A DNA stretch of 64,000 nucleotides, from NCBI GenBank assembly GCA_043823745.1, contig JBDRAN010000059.1:9105-73104 (forward strand). The letters are read 5' to 3'. How positions within the stretch are numbered: position 1 is the stretch's first letter; every line of letters starts with the position of its first letter. The position numbers and the translations under genes were made by a program. The notes below the pieces were generated by a model. It searched no databases, was not told the DNA's origin, and worked only from the letters and a program-made list of their open reading frames with translations. Of the stretch, positions 38,512 to 49,033 are shown one piece after another. Origin of the DNA: Candidatus Omnitrophota bacterium (GTDB taxonomy: Bacteria; Omnitrophota; Gorgyraeia; Duberdicusellales; 4484-171).

Positions 38512-38913
38512 ATGCGTAAGAAGTCTTACAAAGAAAAGAGGAAAGCGCAACGTCTCAACCTTTCTTTACCCTTCGAATATCACTCTGCACGAGGCAAGAA
38601 GGTCTCTTCGAAAAGAATATGTACGAGAGATATAAGTGGTTCAGGAATAGGGTTTCGTCTCGCTCACCCCGTAGCCGTGAGGGCGCGTTTAGGGATATTA
38701 TTATATTTTCCTACTGATAAGCGGCCTATATCGTCAGTGGCCGAGGTTGTACGGTGCACCAAACGTGTGATTAAGGGAAAACCTTTGTATGATGTAGGGG
38801 TAAAGCATCTTAAGATTGCCGCCAAAGACAGAGAGAGGTTTGTTTTTTCTTTCTGTGAAACGATGATAAATCATTTCGTGTTGCCCGTGGGGGTAGCAGT
38901 TGATGAAAAATGA
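38512..38913 (+). CDS. PilZ domain protein
   Basis: RKAQR and DISGSG motifs. Confidence 0.88.
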   Translation: MRKKSYKEKRKAQRLNLSLPFEYHSARGKKVSSKRICTRDISGSGIGFRLAHPVAVRARLGILLYFPTDKRPISSVAEVVRCTKRVIKGKPLYDVGVKHLKIAAKDRERFVFSFCETMINHFVLPVGVAVDEK

Positions 38914-39295
38914 TCCGGTAAAGAAAATTCTTATTGTCGACGATGAAACAGAAACCCGCCGACTTATCGCTGCGTATCTGGCGAGACGAAAAAAGTATGA
39001 GACGCATGAAGTAGGGAGCGGTATCGAAGCCTTAGAGGTTCTCAATACAATTAAGCCAGACCTGATTATTCTCGACGTAATAATGCCTTGTATGGATGGT
39101 TTCCAGCTTTTAAAAAAACTCAAAGAAGAGCCAAAGTATTTCACTATACCGGTGATTATGTTGACCGTTAAAAGTTCTTCTAAATGTCTTGACGCGGGGA
39201 TTTCTTTGGGGGCAGATTTCTACCTGCCCAAGCCGTTTCAGCTTTCTAACCTTATGAAATTTATCAATTTGGTGTTAGATAATGGCGTCCAATAA
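38903..39295 (+). CDS. Single-domain response regulator (receiver)
   Basis: ILIVDDE, PDLIILDV.MP.MDG, IMLT and KPF motifs. Confidence 0.92.
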   Translation: MKNDPVKKILIVDDETETRRLIAAYLARRKKYETHEVGSGIEALEVLNTIKPDLIILDVIMPCMDGFQLLKKLKEEPKYFTIPVIMLTVKSSSKCLDAGISLGADFYLPKPFQLSNLMKFINLVLDNGVQ

Positions 39296-40085
39296 GGTTA
39301 TTTATCGCGTTGCACGTACGAGAGATGAACTTGAAGGGGTCTACGCACTTGTTTACAAAGAGTACCTGCGGCGCGGTTATATCCCCAAAGGCTACAGCAA
39401 TAACTTACGTCTTTCCCTCTATAACGCTCTTCCCGATACAACTACTTTTATTGCGAAACAACAACGTACGCTGGCAGCGACGGTGACGCTGGTCCCCGAT
39501 TCAAAGCTGGGCATTCTCATGGATAAACTCTATAAAAATGAAGTTGATGTCCTGCGTAGTCAGGGTCGCCGCGTTGCGGAAGTCTCACAGCTTGCTATTA
39601 ACAGCGCATTTTTTCCACAAGGATTATTTTCGATGTTTAATTTCAACAAATTAATTTTTCTTTTCAAACTTTTTAGACAGGTGCTTGATTATGCATTTTT
39701 CGTCGAAAAACTGACTGATCTGTGCATTGCGTTTAATCCTCGGCACCAGCATCTGTATCGCTTTCTGCAATTTGAACAAATAGGAGGGCTTAAATATTAC
39801 GGAGCGTTTCACTCTCCGGCTATCGCCATGCATCTCGATCTTACAAGAGTCCAGGAAAAAGCAAAAAAGCGCAAAGGTCTCTACAAAATATTTTTTTCGG
39901 GAAAACCCGATCTATCAGCTTTTAAAGGAAAATATCACATAACGCCGGAGGACCTGGAATATTTTTTTATAAAGAAATCAGATATTTTTAAAAAAGCATC
40001 AAAGGTAGAGCTAGGCGCTCTTAAGTGCTATTATCCGCCGGATGCGTTTTCAGCGCTTATCAAAAAAATAAGCGCGCGGCCTTAA
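39282..40085 (+). CDS. FeeM-like N-acyl amino acid synthase (GNAT/acyl-ACP acyltransferase)
   Basis: YRVA....E...Y.L.Y..Y...GY, TVTL..DS..G..MD..Y..E...LR..G..VAEVS.LA and NPRH...Y motifs. Confidence 0.75.
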   Translation: MASNKVIYRVARTRDELEGVYALVYKEYLRRGYIPKGYSNNLRLSLYNALPDTTTFIAKQQRTLAATVTLVPDSKLGILMDKLYKNEVDVLRSQGRRVAEVSQLAINSAFFPQGLFSMFNFNKLIFLFKLFRQVLDYAFFVEKLTDLCIAFNPRHQHLYRFLQFEQIGGLKYYGAFHSPAIAMHLDLTRVQEKAKKRKGLYKIFFSGKPDLSAFKGKYHITPEDLEYFFIKKSDIFKKASKVELGALKCYYPPDAFSALIKKISARP

Positions 40086-40100
40086 GGGGGAGGAAATTTT

Positions 40101-40358
40101 ATGCAGCGCTGTAAAAAATGTATAATGCCTTCAAATTATCCCGGTATATCATTCAACGAAAAAGGCATTTGTAATTTTTGCGCAGCACAGATGTCTCCGG
40201 ATGTTGCGAAAGACGCACAAGAAGCATTCTATAATGATTTCCGGAATACCGTGAATAATGCGCGCGGAAAGGGAAGAGAATATGACTGTTTAATTTCCTT
40301 AAGCGGCGGCAAGGATAACGTGTGCCGAGCATATTTGGGAATAAGGAGTATAAGGTAA
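40101..40358 (+). pseudogene. Truncated N-type ATP pyrophosphatase / N-acetyl-sugar amidotransferase (WbpG-like) fragment
   Basis: RCKKC.MP...PGI.F...G.CNFC and YDC.I.LSGGKD; similarity stops right at the PP-loop. Confidence 0.75.
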
Positions 40359-40470
40359 AGTCCCGACTCTTAGGATAGCGAGTGGTTAGAAGGGCCGCGG
40401 CGATGGCAATAAGAGTGCTAGTTTTTTATGAATGGCGTCATTGGCATGCAACGCGCGCAAATAGCAAGGG

Positions 40471-42207
40471 GTGATTTTGGCAAAAGGGATATTGATTAGT
40501 TACGCGGGTTACCCTTACACTCCCTCCAGTCTTCTACCAGATAATGGGTTAGCTAATTTGGCAGGTGCCCTTATTCAGAACGGTCATGAGGTGTTGGTGC
40601 TCGATTATGGAACCGTGGATGTGGTTAAAAGATTGGTGCCAACAGATATCGGCATTGCCTTGAAGGATATATATAACAAGGCCAAGAAAATAAAAGAGAA
40701 AAAAGGTTCTTCCGCGCTCCAGAAAATGTTTCTTTTCCATACATTGCGGCACATTGATAGAGCGCTCACGAAACACCAGAACAATCAGACGTTAATGATG
40801 GCCGAAGAGCTTCTCGATTTAATAAAAGAACAAAAACCCGATTTTGTTGGTTTTAAATTATGGGTCGGAGATGGTTTTGCTGCGTCCGTGAAGATGGCGG
40901 AAATCATAAAAAGAAAGTTTCCGCACATAAAACTGTTTGGCGGCGGGCCATTGTTGGATGAAGCCGAAGAAGTAACCATGGAGGTTGCACCAGTATTTGA
41001 TGCAGTCTCCTTTGCTGAGGGTGAAGAAACTATTGTAGATTTGGCCCTGTACTGTGAGGGCAAGAAAGCCCTATCCGAGATCAGTAATCTTATTTACAAA
41101 ACGGACAAGAAGCGTATTGTTAAAACAGGAAAGAAGATAATAGACGATTTAGATAGTTTGTCCTTACCGGTGTATGACGAAGCCATATATCCTGCGATGA
41201 AAGACGGTCAGAAAATTAAGATAATATTATTAGATGAAAGCAGAGGGTGTCCGTATCGATGTTTTTTTTGCCCCCATGAGCATAAGAGTGGAGGCAAACG
41301 AAGGACTAAATCACCTCAACGGATTTTTCAAGAAATAAAACGTTTGGTCGAATCGTACGGTATCCATGCCTTTCGATATGCCGGTTCATGCACTCCCTTT
41401 GAGACTTTGAACGAGGTAGCCAACAATATTTTAAGTGATAATTTAGACGTACTGTATACTTCATACGCCAACGCAAAACTTGCCGATCTTAATAATCTTG
41501 ATCTACTGAAAAGGAGTGGTCTTCATGCTTTATTCTTTGGGATTGAAACTGGAGACGACAGAATATTGCATGAAATGATGAATAAACGAATGGTTTCTGT
41601 AGAACTGATAAAAAATAAAGTGCAGGGCGCCATTGAAAAGGGCATCTTTTGTGTCGGGAGCGTAATCTTTCCCGCACCAGGAGAAACTCCTCAGACTCGA
41701 GATAAATTATTGGGTGTGCTTAAGGAAATATATACGCATGAGGAGAGTGGCTCTGTGCAAGTTCAATTTCCGGGACTTTTTACGGGAACTGAGTGGTATA
41801 GAAACACAGCAAAATTCGGATTTAAAATAAAAAATCAGAAGACCTATAAACGGGATATGCTTAATTATAAAATAAAACTGCTTTTTCCTCCGACCTTCTG
41901 GAAACCCCTGCCGTATACTATCGATGGAAAGGGTTACAAACAGTTTGCTAAGGAAACAGAAAAGTTCGCTAATGAATTAGAAAAAAGTAATATTTTAACT
42001 CTGGTTACCGATGAAATGGCTCTTTCGGCGCGTTTACTTGGGGTAACCCCAAAACAGTATAGAGATCGTTCCCGGCTTCAACTACTGACTGGAGACTGGG
42101 AGAGTATTTCGAGAGATGTTCAGACAATAAATCGCGGTATAACGAGTGACGAGCAGTTAAGAATCAATATTCGGCATTCAAACTTCCAAGGGTCTGATAA
42201 CACATGA
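40471..42207 (+). CDS. Cobalamin-binding radical SAM enzyme
   Basis: GLA.LAG.L...GH.V.V.D, EGEET, SRGCPYRCFFC and FGIETG motifs. Confidence 0.85.
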   Translation: MILAKGILISYAGYPYTPSSLLPDNGLANLAGALIQNGHEVLVLDYGTVDVVKRLVPTDIGIALKDIYNKAKKIKEKKGSSALQKMFLFHTLRHIDRALTKHQNNQTLMMAEELLDLIKEQKPDFVGFKLWVGDGFAASVKMAEIIKRKFPHIKLFGGGPLLDEAEEVTMEVAPVFDAVSFAEGEETIVDLALYCEGKKALSEISNLIYKTDKKRIVKTGKKIIDDLDSLSLPVYDEAIYPAMKDGQKIKIILLDESRGCPYRCFFCPHEHKSGGKRRTKSPQRIFQEIKRLVESYGIHAFRYAGSCTPFETLNEVANNILSDNLDVLYTSYANAKLADLNNLDLLKRSGLHALFFGIETGDDRILHEMMNKRMVSVELIKNKVQGAIEKGIFCVGSVIFPAPGETPQTRDKLLGVLKEIYTHEESGSVQVQFPGLFTGTEWYRNTAKFGFKIKNQKTYKRDMLNYKIKLLFPPTFWKPLPYTIDGKGYKQFAKETEKFANELEKSNILTLVTDEMALSARLLGVTPKQYRDRSRLQLLTGDWESISRDVQTINRGITSDEQLRINIRHSNFQGSDNT

Positions 42208-42231
42208 GGATTAAGTTCTTTCTTGTTTCTT

Positions 42232-42624
42232 TCATGGAGAAGTGTACGCCGCTTTCTTGAGTGCATCATCGACAGCTCGTTTGAGCGCATTACTGCTCAT
42301 CGTAGCGCCGCTTACCGCATCAACCTGCGTAGATTGTTCCTCAATTATTTTATCGACAAGAGGCCAAAGCATACTCGTATATCTTCGAAGAGATAGTTGT
42401 GTAATATTTTTTATAGCTTCTATCTTCCCATCTTTTATAATTACTGATACTTTCATTTGTCCGGGAAATTTAAAAGATCTGCCCTCGTACGTTCCATCCG
42501 TAAATTGTTTTTTTTGTTCAATTCCGTCCACGCAGACGGTGACATTCTTTGCGGCAAGGAAAGCAATCAGTAAGAATATGCTTACACTCAGTAAAGAAAT
42601 TTTTATTATTCTTGGCTTATTCAT
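42232..42624 (-). CDS. Membrane-anchored FMN-binding (flavinylated) domain protein
   Basis: N-terminal TM; DGTYEG; VDAVSGATMSS flavinylation motif. Confidence 0.88.
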   Translation of the reverse strand: MNKPRIIKISLLSVSIFLLIAFLAAKNVTVCVDGIEQKKQFTDGTYEGRSFKFPGQMKVSVIIKDGKIEAIKNITQLSLRRYTSMLWPLVDKIIEEQSTQVDAVSGATMSSNALKRAVDDALKKAAYTSP

Positions 42625-42717
42625 CGTGCCAGCACAAAACTGTTTTAACTATTAAAATCGTATGATATACTAAAAAATATCATATTTTTCTATTATAGTC
42701 AAGCTTATGCGGAACAT

Positions 42718-43989
42718 ATGCGAATTTTCTTAATAGAAGCGGAAAAAGATAAAACGCGATCCCCGACCTCAGATTGGTTCGACAGCGATACCCACAAATT
42801 TTTATGTCCTTCATTAGGCCCTATTACGCTAGCATCGTTAACTCCAAACGATATAGAGATTAAAGTTCTTGATGAGAAGATCGAGGAAATAGATTTTGAT
42901 GATTTACCCGATATTGCTGCGATTTCATTTAAGACGATGTCGAGTACGAGGGCTTATGAAATAGCGCAGATATACAGAAAAAAGAATGTAAAAGTAATAC
43001 TTGGGGGAATACATGCGTCTCTTCTGCCCGATGAGGCTAAGCAGTATTGCGATACGGTGATTATTGGTGAAGGTGAAGAAGTTTGGCCCCATGTAATAAA
43101 CGATTTACATCGTAACCAACTTTGCCCCTCGTATCATACGCCTCATTTAACTGACCTTTCAACATTGCCTATCCCCAATTTTGGATTATTACAGAACGAA
43201 CGATATATGTGCCACCCCATCCAGGCTTCCCGCGGGTGTTCCTTAAACTGCGATTTTTGCCCCACGCGAGAGATGTTCGGTGGAATTTTTCGCAAAAAGC
43301 CTATCAAGAAAATAGCGGAAGAGGTAAGAGCTGCATTGTCTATCGAGAAAAAATATATTTTTTTTACCGATGACATATTCTGTGCGGGCGATGAACGTTT
43401 TACATTGGAGCTTTTAAAAGAGATACGGAAACTAAAAATTAAGTTTTTTATTATTTCAGATTTCTTAGTGCTGAATAAAAAAATAGTTATTGAGCTTGCG
43501 CGAAGCGGGTGTTGTTATCTATGTCTCAATTTGCCCGGCACTTGCACCCGTGAAGAAATAAAAGCTATCAAGATGATGCAGATGCTCGGTATCAATGTAT
43601 GGGGGTATTTTATGTTTGGATTCCGTTTTCATGGAAAAGATGTTTTTAAGAAAGCATACGATTTTGTCCATACAACTAAGATGAGGCACGTTTCTTTTAC
43701 GGTAATGGCGCCGTATCCTAATACTACCGCCGGAAAAATCCTTGAGAGTCAAGGTAGAATTTTAACCACTGATTGGTCGCTCTACGATCAAGCACACGTA
43801 GTGTGCAAGCCAGAAAAAATGAGTAGCCAGGAGCTTACGGAAGGTTTTATGTGGATAAAAGAAAAGCTTGGATATTTGTCTTATTTTAGTTCGCAAGAGA
43901 GGATGTCGATATGGAGGACATTGACAAGTAAATGTTTGGCAGAAACATTGGGGATATTGCCGGGTAGGGAGAGTAAAAGGTGTCAATAG
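42718..43989 (+). CDS. Cobalamin-binding radical SAM enzyme (shortened barrel)
   Basis: LASLTP, LGGIHAS..P.E, GEGE, SRGCSLNCDFC and PYPNT motifs. Confidence 0.85.
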   Translation: MRIFLIEAEKDKTRSPTSDWFDSDTHKFLCPSLGPITLASLTPNDIEIKVLDEKIEEIDFDDLPDIAAISFKTMSSTRAYEIAQIYRKKNVKVILGGIHASLLPDEAKQYCDTVIIGEGEEVWPHVINDLHRNQLCPSYHTPHLTDLSTLPIPNFGLLQNERYMCHPIQASRGCSLNCDFCPTREMFGGIFRKKPIKKIAEEVRAALSIEKKYIFFTDDIFCAGDERFTLELLKEIRKLKIKFFIISDFLVLNKKIVIELARSGCCYLCLNLPGTCTREEIKAIKMMQMLGINVWGYFMFGFRFHGKDVFKKAYDFVHTTKMRHVSFTVMAPYPNTTAGKILESQGRILTTDWSLYDQAHVVCKPEKMSSQELTEGFMWIKEKLGYLSYFSSQERMSIWRTLTSKCLAETLGILPGRESKRCQ

Positions 43990-44013
43990 ATTGCTTTCTA
44001 GAGAGGTGGAGAG

Positions 44014-44832
44014 GTGGATAAGGATAAATATTTTTATGATTTTTTAAATCGTTGTATCCCCCTTTTAACTAAAGAAGGCGTTGATAAACTAAGAAACTCT
44101 TCAATTGCAATTGCAGGTTGTGGAGGGGCGGGCGGAGCAGCAGCCATTACCCTGGCACGGATGGGCGTGGGAAATTTTACATTGGCCGATCCCGGCATCT
44201 TTGATGAGCCGGACATCAATCGGCAATGGGCGGCAAATATTCATAATTTGGGAAGAAATAAAACAGATGCCTATGAGGAAATGCTCCTTGATATAAATCC
44301 TCTGGTTTCGATAAAGAAATATCGAGAAGGTGTCGCCGATAATAATGTTACAGATTTTTTAGATGGTGTCGACCTTGTGATTGATTGTCTTGATATTGCG
44401 GTGAGCACCCATCTGAGGTCGACCTTGCATGAAGAAGCCAGAAAAAACGGTGCCTATAGCCTTGTTGCTCCTATATTAAGCTTTGGCGCTATATTTTGTT
44501 GTTCTGCGCCTACGGGGATGTCGATGGAAAGAATAGTAAAGATGATAGAAAAAGGGGGTACGGGAGAAAAATTTCCTAATATTTTTCGAAAGGTTTTTAT
44601 GCCGCAACATTTAGATATTATCGAGAATATGATTGCGACGCATAAGATTCCATCGGTTCCAATCTCCTCCATGATCGCAGCCGCGATGTTAGCCACAGAG
44701 AGTATTTTGATCCTGCTTGACAAAATTATTGTAGGCTCACGCAAGCCTATATGTTTGCCTAAGGTAATAATAACAGACTTTTTTAGGCTGGCTTACCACA
44801 TTGTTGATATCGATACGCTACCCTTAGAGTAA
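44014..44832 (+). CDS. ThiF/MoeB/E1-like adenylyltransferase
   Basis: GCGGAGG, LAD...F...DINRQ and DLVIDCLD motifs; no CxxC pairs. Confidence 0.88.
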   Translation: MDKDKYFYDFLNRCIPLLTKEGVDKLRNSSIAIAGCGGAGGAAAITLARMGVGNFTLADPGIFDEPDINRQWAANIHNLGRNKTDAYEEMLLDINPLVSIKKYREGVADNNVTDFLDGVDLVIDCLDIAVSTHLRSTLHEEARKNGAYSLVAPILSFGAIFCCSAPTGMSMERIVKMIEKGGTGEKFPNIFRKVFMPQHLDIIENMIATHKIPSVPISSMIAAAMLATESILILLDKIIVGSRKPICLPKVIITDFFRLAYHIVDIDTLPLE

Positions 44833-44872
44833 GCCAGGGTATTCATAAATCACGGGGAGCTAATACGCATAT

Positions 44873-46240
44873 ATGGAAAAAAAAATGTCCAAACATCTGC
44901 TTACGCTACACAGCTTAGGCATGATTAAGCCATTCGCTAAAATCGTTCGAAATCTTAGGGCTAAAATCATTAAAAGTGTGGGTTACAATACCAACTTAGT
45001 GCCTAATCAGCTCACGCGCATAGATATGCTTACGGACAGTCTTATGCATTTTATTTTGCCACAGAGAAACTTTTTTAATAGCAGTAGCATAGAATCTTCT
45101 TATCTTAATCTGGAAGACACTTTTAAAAGATATTTTGGATATAAGCATGTCTTACCGATTGCGCAGGGAAGGATGGCCGAGATCATTCTCGCTAAGGTTA
45201 TGGTTACCAATGGGACTGTAATACCAAGCAACATGCTTTTTGTTACTACGCGCGTGCACCAAGAGCTAAGCGGCGCGACCGTGCTTGAGATGCCTGTTAA
45301 GGAAGCTTACAAATTTGATAGTTGTTTTGCCTTTAAAGGAAATATGGATACGCAAATGCTGGAGCGTACCATCATGGAATATGGGCCTTGCTGGATCCCT
45401 TATATATATGTTGAAACTTGTGTAAACGCATCGGGCGGACATCCTGTTTCAATGGAGAATATCAAGGAAGTCAGCCGTATCGCAAAAAAATATAAAATTC
45501 CTCTTATTTTGGATGCGTGCAGAATATTAGAGAATGCGTATCTTATAAAGGAAAGAGAACAGGGTTATAGCCACCAATCCATACGTGATATCGTAAAAGA
45601 ATTTTGTTCTTTTAGCGACGGTTGCACCATGAGCGCCACTAAAGATTTTTTTGTTGAAAGCGGAGGCTTCATCGCTACAAATAATCAAGAATTATATTAT
45701 GCCGCACAAGATGTCATGTCCGTATTTGGCTATGGACTTTCCGTGAGAGCAAAGGCCATATTAAACGATGTGATGAACACGACGTTTCATAGAGAAGCAT
45801 GGGTTAAAGATCGCGTAGAAAAAGTTTATCATCTATGGAATAAGCTTAAAAATTTTGGCCTGCCCGTGGTAAATCCTTCCGGCGGCCATGCGGTTTTTCT
45901 TGACTCAAGAGATTTACATAAACTGTTACCCGCTGAATATTATCCAGAAAAGGCATTCCTGGCGCACTTATATGTAACTTCAGGGATAAGGGCAGGAGAA
46001 AACATTCTTACGCCTTATCAAAAGAAGTGTGGCACTCAGATGATTCGTTTAGCAATACCAACTCGTATGTATTCGCTGAGGCAAATTAATTATATAGCTA
46101 AGAGTTTAAGGTCTGCATGGGAGGAGAAAGGAAAACTCGGGGGATTGAAAAAAATTTCTCAGCCGCCTTCATTGAGCGGATCATTCTTTGCGAAATATGA
46201 GTTACTTTCCTCTCGAGTGGTTAATAAGGGGTGCATATGA
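44873..46240 (+). CDS. Tryptophanase/tyrosine phenol-lyase-like PLP beta-eliminating lyase (divergent)
   Basis: IDMLTDS, QGR.AE, FKGN.D, GG.PVSM.N, DACR..ENAY.IKERE.GY, MSATKD (PLP Lys), GGHAVF and RLAIP motifs. Confidence 0.85.
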   Translation: MEKKMSKHLLTLHSLGMIKPFAKIVRNLRAKIIKSVGYNTNLVPNQLTRIDMLTDSLMHFILPQRNFFNSSSIESSYLNLEDTFKRYFGYKHVLPIAQGRMAEIILAKVMVTNGTVIPSNMLFVTTRVHQELSGATVLEMPVKEAYKFDSCFAFKGNMDTQMLERTIMEYGPCWIPYIYVETCVNASGGHPVSMENIKEVSRIAKKYKIPLILDACRILENAYLIKEREQGYSHQSIRDIVKEFCSFSDGCTMSATKDFFVESGGFIATNNQELYYAAQDVMSVFGYGLSVRAKAILNDVMNTTFHREAWVKDRVEKVYHLWNKLKNFGLPVVNPSGGHAVFLDSRDLHKLLPAEYYPEKAFLAHLYVTSGIRAGENILTPYQKKCGTQMIRLAIPTRMYSLRQINYIAKSLRSAWEEKGKLGGLKKISQPPSLSGSFFAKYELLSSRVVNKGCI

Positions 46241-46734
46241 CGGAAGGCTCTTACAGATAAATGTTTGGCCGCAACCGTGGCAATTTTTTCACCACACAAT
46301 CCACCTTTCGATGAGGTTTTTGGACCAAAACCAGAAACTGCGGATGCATCCGACCTAATAAATTTTGGAAGAACGTATGTTTCGAAATTTCCAAGATATA
46401 TAAATCTTGCGGCGTATATTGCAGCCATGAAAAAGGCAGATCCATGCTTTTACGCATAACAAGCTGTGCGCTTTCAGAAGCCGTTACCGCAGCCGCAGCC
46501 GCATTCATTCTGCTAAATAACCCCTTCTATGTATACCTTTTATAAGAAATTACGGCTTATATACCGCAAAAGTTAAAGCATTGGGGAGTCATGAAAAGAA
46601 GCTGAATTTTTTCAGAAGTTAATCCTCAGGATATTTATTAGCAGAAATGAATAGCGTGCCATACATAAAGATTTTCTCAGAAGTCTTTAGTTCTTCAACA
46701 AGTACTCGACATAGAGATCATTCCTCAAAATTTA

Positions 46735-49026
46735 TTATTTGATTTTAGGTTTGAAAGTAATAAGAATCCATGGGGTGATGAGAAGGTCGCAGCAGAGCGC
46801 TACAAATGTTGTTAGGGCACACAGGAAACCAAAGAGCATGGTGAGACGAAACTGCGAGAATAGTAAAACAAGATAACTGGCAATCATTACGTAGGAACTG
46901 AACATCATGGGTTCTCCCAGAAGCGAAAGCGTATGGCGCGTATTTTCGAGATAATCCGGATGTTGCGCCTGTTCTATCTTGAAACGGTTTAAAAAATGCG
47001 TCGTATCATCCATAGCAAGGCCAAGGGCTATTCCCGCCGTGAGTGCGGTTCCCACATTTAAGGTAATCCCGGCCCAACCCATAAACCCAAAGGTACATAG
47101 TGTCGGAATCACATTGGGTATCATCGTAAGCACACCTAATTTCAAAGAGCGAAAATAAATAATAGCGGCCAGAAGGAGCGTAAGGCCGACAAAGAGAAGG
47201 TCTTTTATCTGCCCCGTAGTGATAGAATTGACCATATTGGAATATATGACCGGGTATGAGGTTATTTTTATTTCAAGTGCCGGGTCCAGTCGGTCTTCGG
47301 AGAATTTTTTTATCCTGTTTACCAGCTTAATCGTCTCTACGGAGTTATGTTCTGAAATGCGGCAACGAATACGCGCCAGGCGGTAAGGGTAATCGACGAA
47401 ATCCTTTTCAACGTCGTTGCGTCGCGGCGACATAGAGTAAAGTAAAAGATACTGAGCAACCATTTCCCTTGTTTCAGGAAGCCGGTAATAGGCCTGGTCA
47501 TTATCATGCATTGCCCTGTTCATGTCTTTTAAAAAATCAACGATTGACACCGCCTTATCGACTTTCGGTTGTTGCCGCACAAACGTGGTTAGCATATCGA
47601 TTTGACGTAATACGGTTGGCTCTTTTATTGTATCGGCAATGTGCGTATCTACGGTTATTTCAAGATTAGAAACACCCGCAATATTTTTCTCTATAAAAAC
47701 AGTAGCTTGGCGTACTTCGCTGTTTTTATGGAAAAACTCAAGATGGTCAGTCTCGGCGCGTATGCGTAGAATACCCGCAATACAGAAAATTATTAAAAGC
47801 GGCAAGCCCACCCAGAACCAGCGTCTCCGGCGTTCTATGAAACGTATGATTGCGGCAATAAGAGGGGCGGCATTGATTTTTAGAACCGGTTTTTTTTGCA
47901 AATCCGGAAGTGTTTTTAGCAGTATGTGGAAACTGGGGATAAGAATCAGGGAAATGATAAATGCCAAAGTGGCCGCAATGCTGCCGAGAATTCCAAAATC
48001 AACAATAGGTTTTATGTTGTTGACCATCAACGAAGCGAATCCTATAACTGTGGTAAAGCTTGCGAAGAAACAAGGCCCGAATATCAAGATGAGTGCTTCC
48101 CGAAACGCACCCCGCCTGTCCGGGTAGGTGCGGCGGAGTTGGCGATAATAAATGTCGTGAATGTAATAAATATTTTCCAGCGCGATACAGAAAATAAGAG
48201 GAATAATGCCTATAGTCACATTGTTAAAAGTTTTGCCCATGACCGCGATGGCTCCCATTGACCAGATTAAAGAAAGGGTGATGACGAGCAGCGCAGCGAT
48301 AGTATCCCGCCAGCGCCCCATGGTAAGCCGCATCAATGCGGTTATGATTAGGTAGATGGGAATGATAAAGACAAAAAAATCCCGTTGCATGTATTCGCCG
48401 AGCGAATGGTTGATGATTGCATCTCCGGCAAGGTAAAGTTTATATTTTCTGTGGGCATTTTCTTTCAGCAGTATTGTTTTTATTTTTTTTACTACTTCAT
48501 TCGTTCGTTGTTTCTTAGGATCACTTTTGATATCCACGAGCAATGAATAGAATTTACCGTCCGCAGAGGCAAGGTCTTTTACATAAAGATAATTAGTAAT
48601 AGCATGTATGCGGATTATGTCGCTTTCCTGGCGTGACTGCGGTATTTTTTCCATCAGCGCTTTTACCTGGAACATGTCGGGGGTCGTGGTAATCAAGTTT
48701 GCCGTGGAGAGGGACTTGACGTTACGAACAAAATCAATTTCTTCTATTTTTTTACTTAAATTTTTGATGAACGTAAGGTCTTCTTTTGAGAATAATGAGC
48801 CGCCTTTAAACCCGATGACTACCGTTTCGTCCGTTTCGAAAAGTTCCTTTATTTTGTTGTAGTAGAGCATATCCGGATCGTTACGGATGACGAACGCAGA
48901 AAGTGAGGTATCAAACTCGAGATGAGCTAACGCCCAGCCGAAGAGGAGCGTAACGATAGCCAATATGAGCAGGTTCGTGCGGGGGAATCGAACAATAAGC
49001 TTTGCAATCAGGCGTATCAATGACAT
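46735..49026 (-). CDS. MMPL/RND-family lipid/secondary metabolite transporter
   Basis: Duplicated architecture of 1 TM + periplasmic domain + 5 TM; TTVIGF.SL and GLA.DDT.HF motifs. Confidence 0.9.
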   Translation of the reverse strand: MSLIRLIAKLIVRFPRTNLLILAIVTLLFGWALAHLEFDTSLSAFVIRNDPDMLYYNKIKELFETDETVVIGFKGGSLFSKEDLTFIKNLSKKIEEIDFVRNVKSLSTANLITTTPDMFQVKALMEKIPQSRQESDIIRIHAITNYLYVKDLASADGKFYSLLVDIKSDPKKQRTNEVVKKIKTILLKENAHRKYKLYLAGDAIINHSLGEYMQRDFFVFIIPIYLIITALMRLTMGRWRDTIAALLVITLSLIWSMGAIAVMGKTFNNVTIGIIPLIFCIALENIYYIHDIYYRQLRRTYPDRRGAFREALILIFGPCFFASFTTVIGFASLMVNNIKPIVDFGILGSIAATLAFIISLILIPSFHILLKTLPDLQKKPVLKINAAPLIAAIIRFIERRRRWFWVGLPLLIIFCIAGILRIRAETDHLEFFHKNSEVRQATVFIEKNIAGVSNLEITVDTHIADTIKEPTVLRQIDMLTTFVRQQPKVDKAVSIVDFLKDMNRAMHDNDQAYYRLPETREMVAQYLLLYSMSPRRNDVEKDFVDYPYRLARIRCRISEHNSVETIKLVNRIKKFSEDRLDPALEIKITSYPVIYSNMVNSITTGQIKDLLFVGLTLLLAAIIYFRSLKLGVLTMIPNVIPTLCTFGFMGWAGITLNVGTALTAGIALGLAMDDTTHFLNRFKIEQAQHPDYLENTRHTLSLLGEPMMFSSYVMIASYLVLLFSQFRLTMLFGFLCALTTFVALCCDLLITPWILITFKPKIK

Positions 49027-49033
49027 GGATACA

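Noticed and set aside
46159-46735. Short ORFs between the lyase and MMPL; the minus-strand AAAVTASE segment faintly resembles a ThiF C-terminus
   Set aside because: No RBS or convincing motif; upstream frame closed by a stop codon
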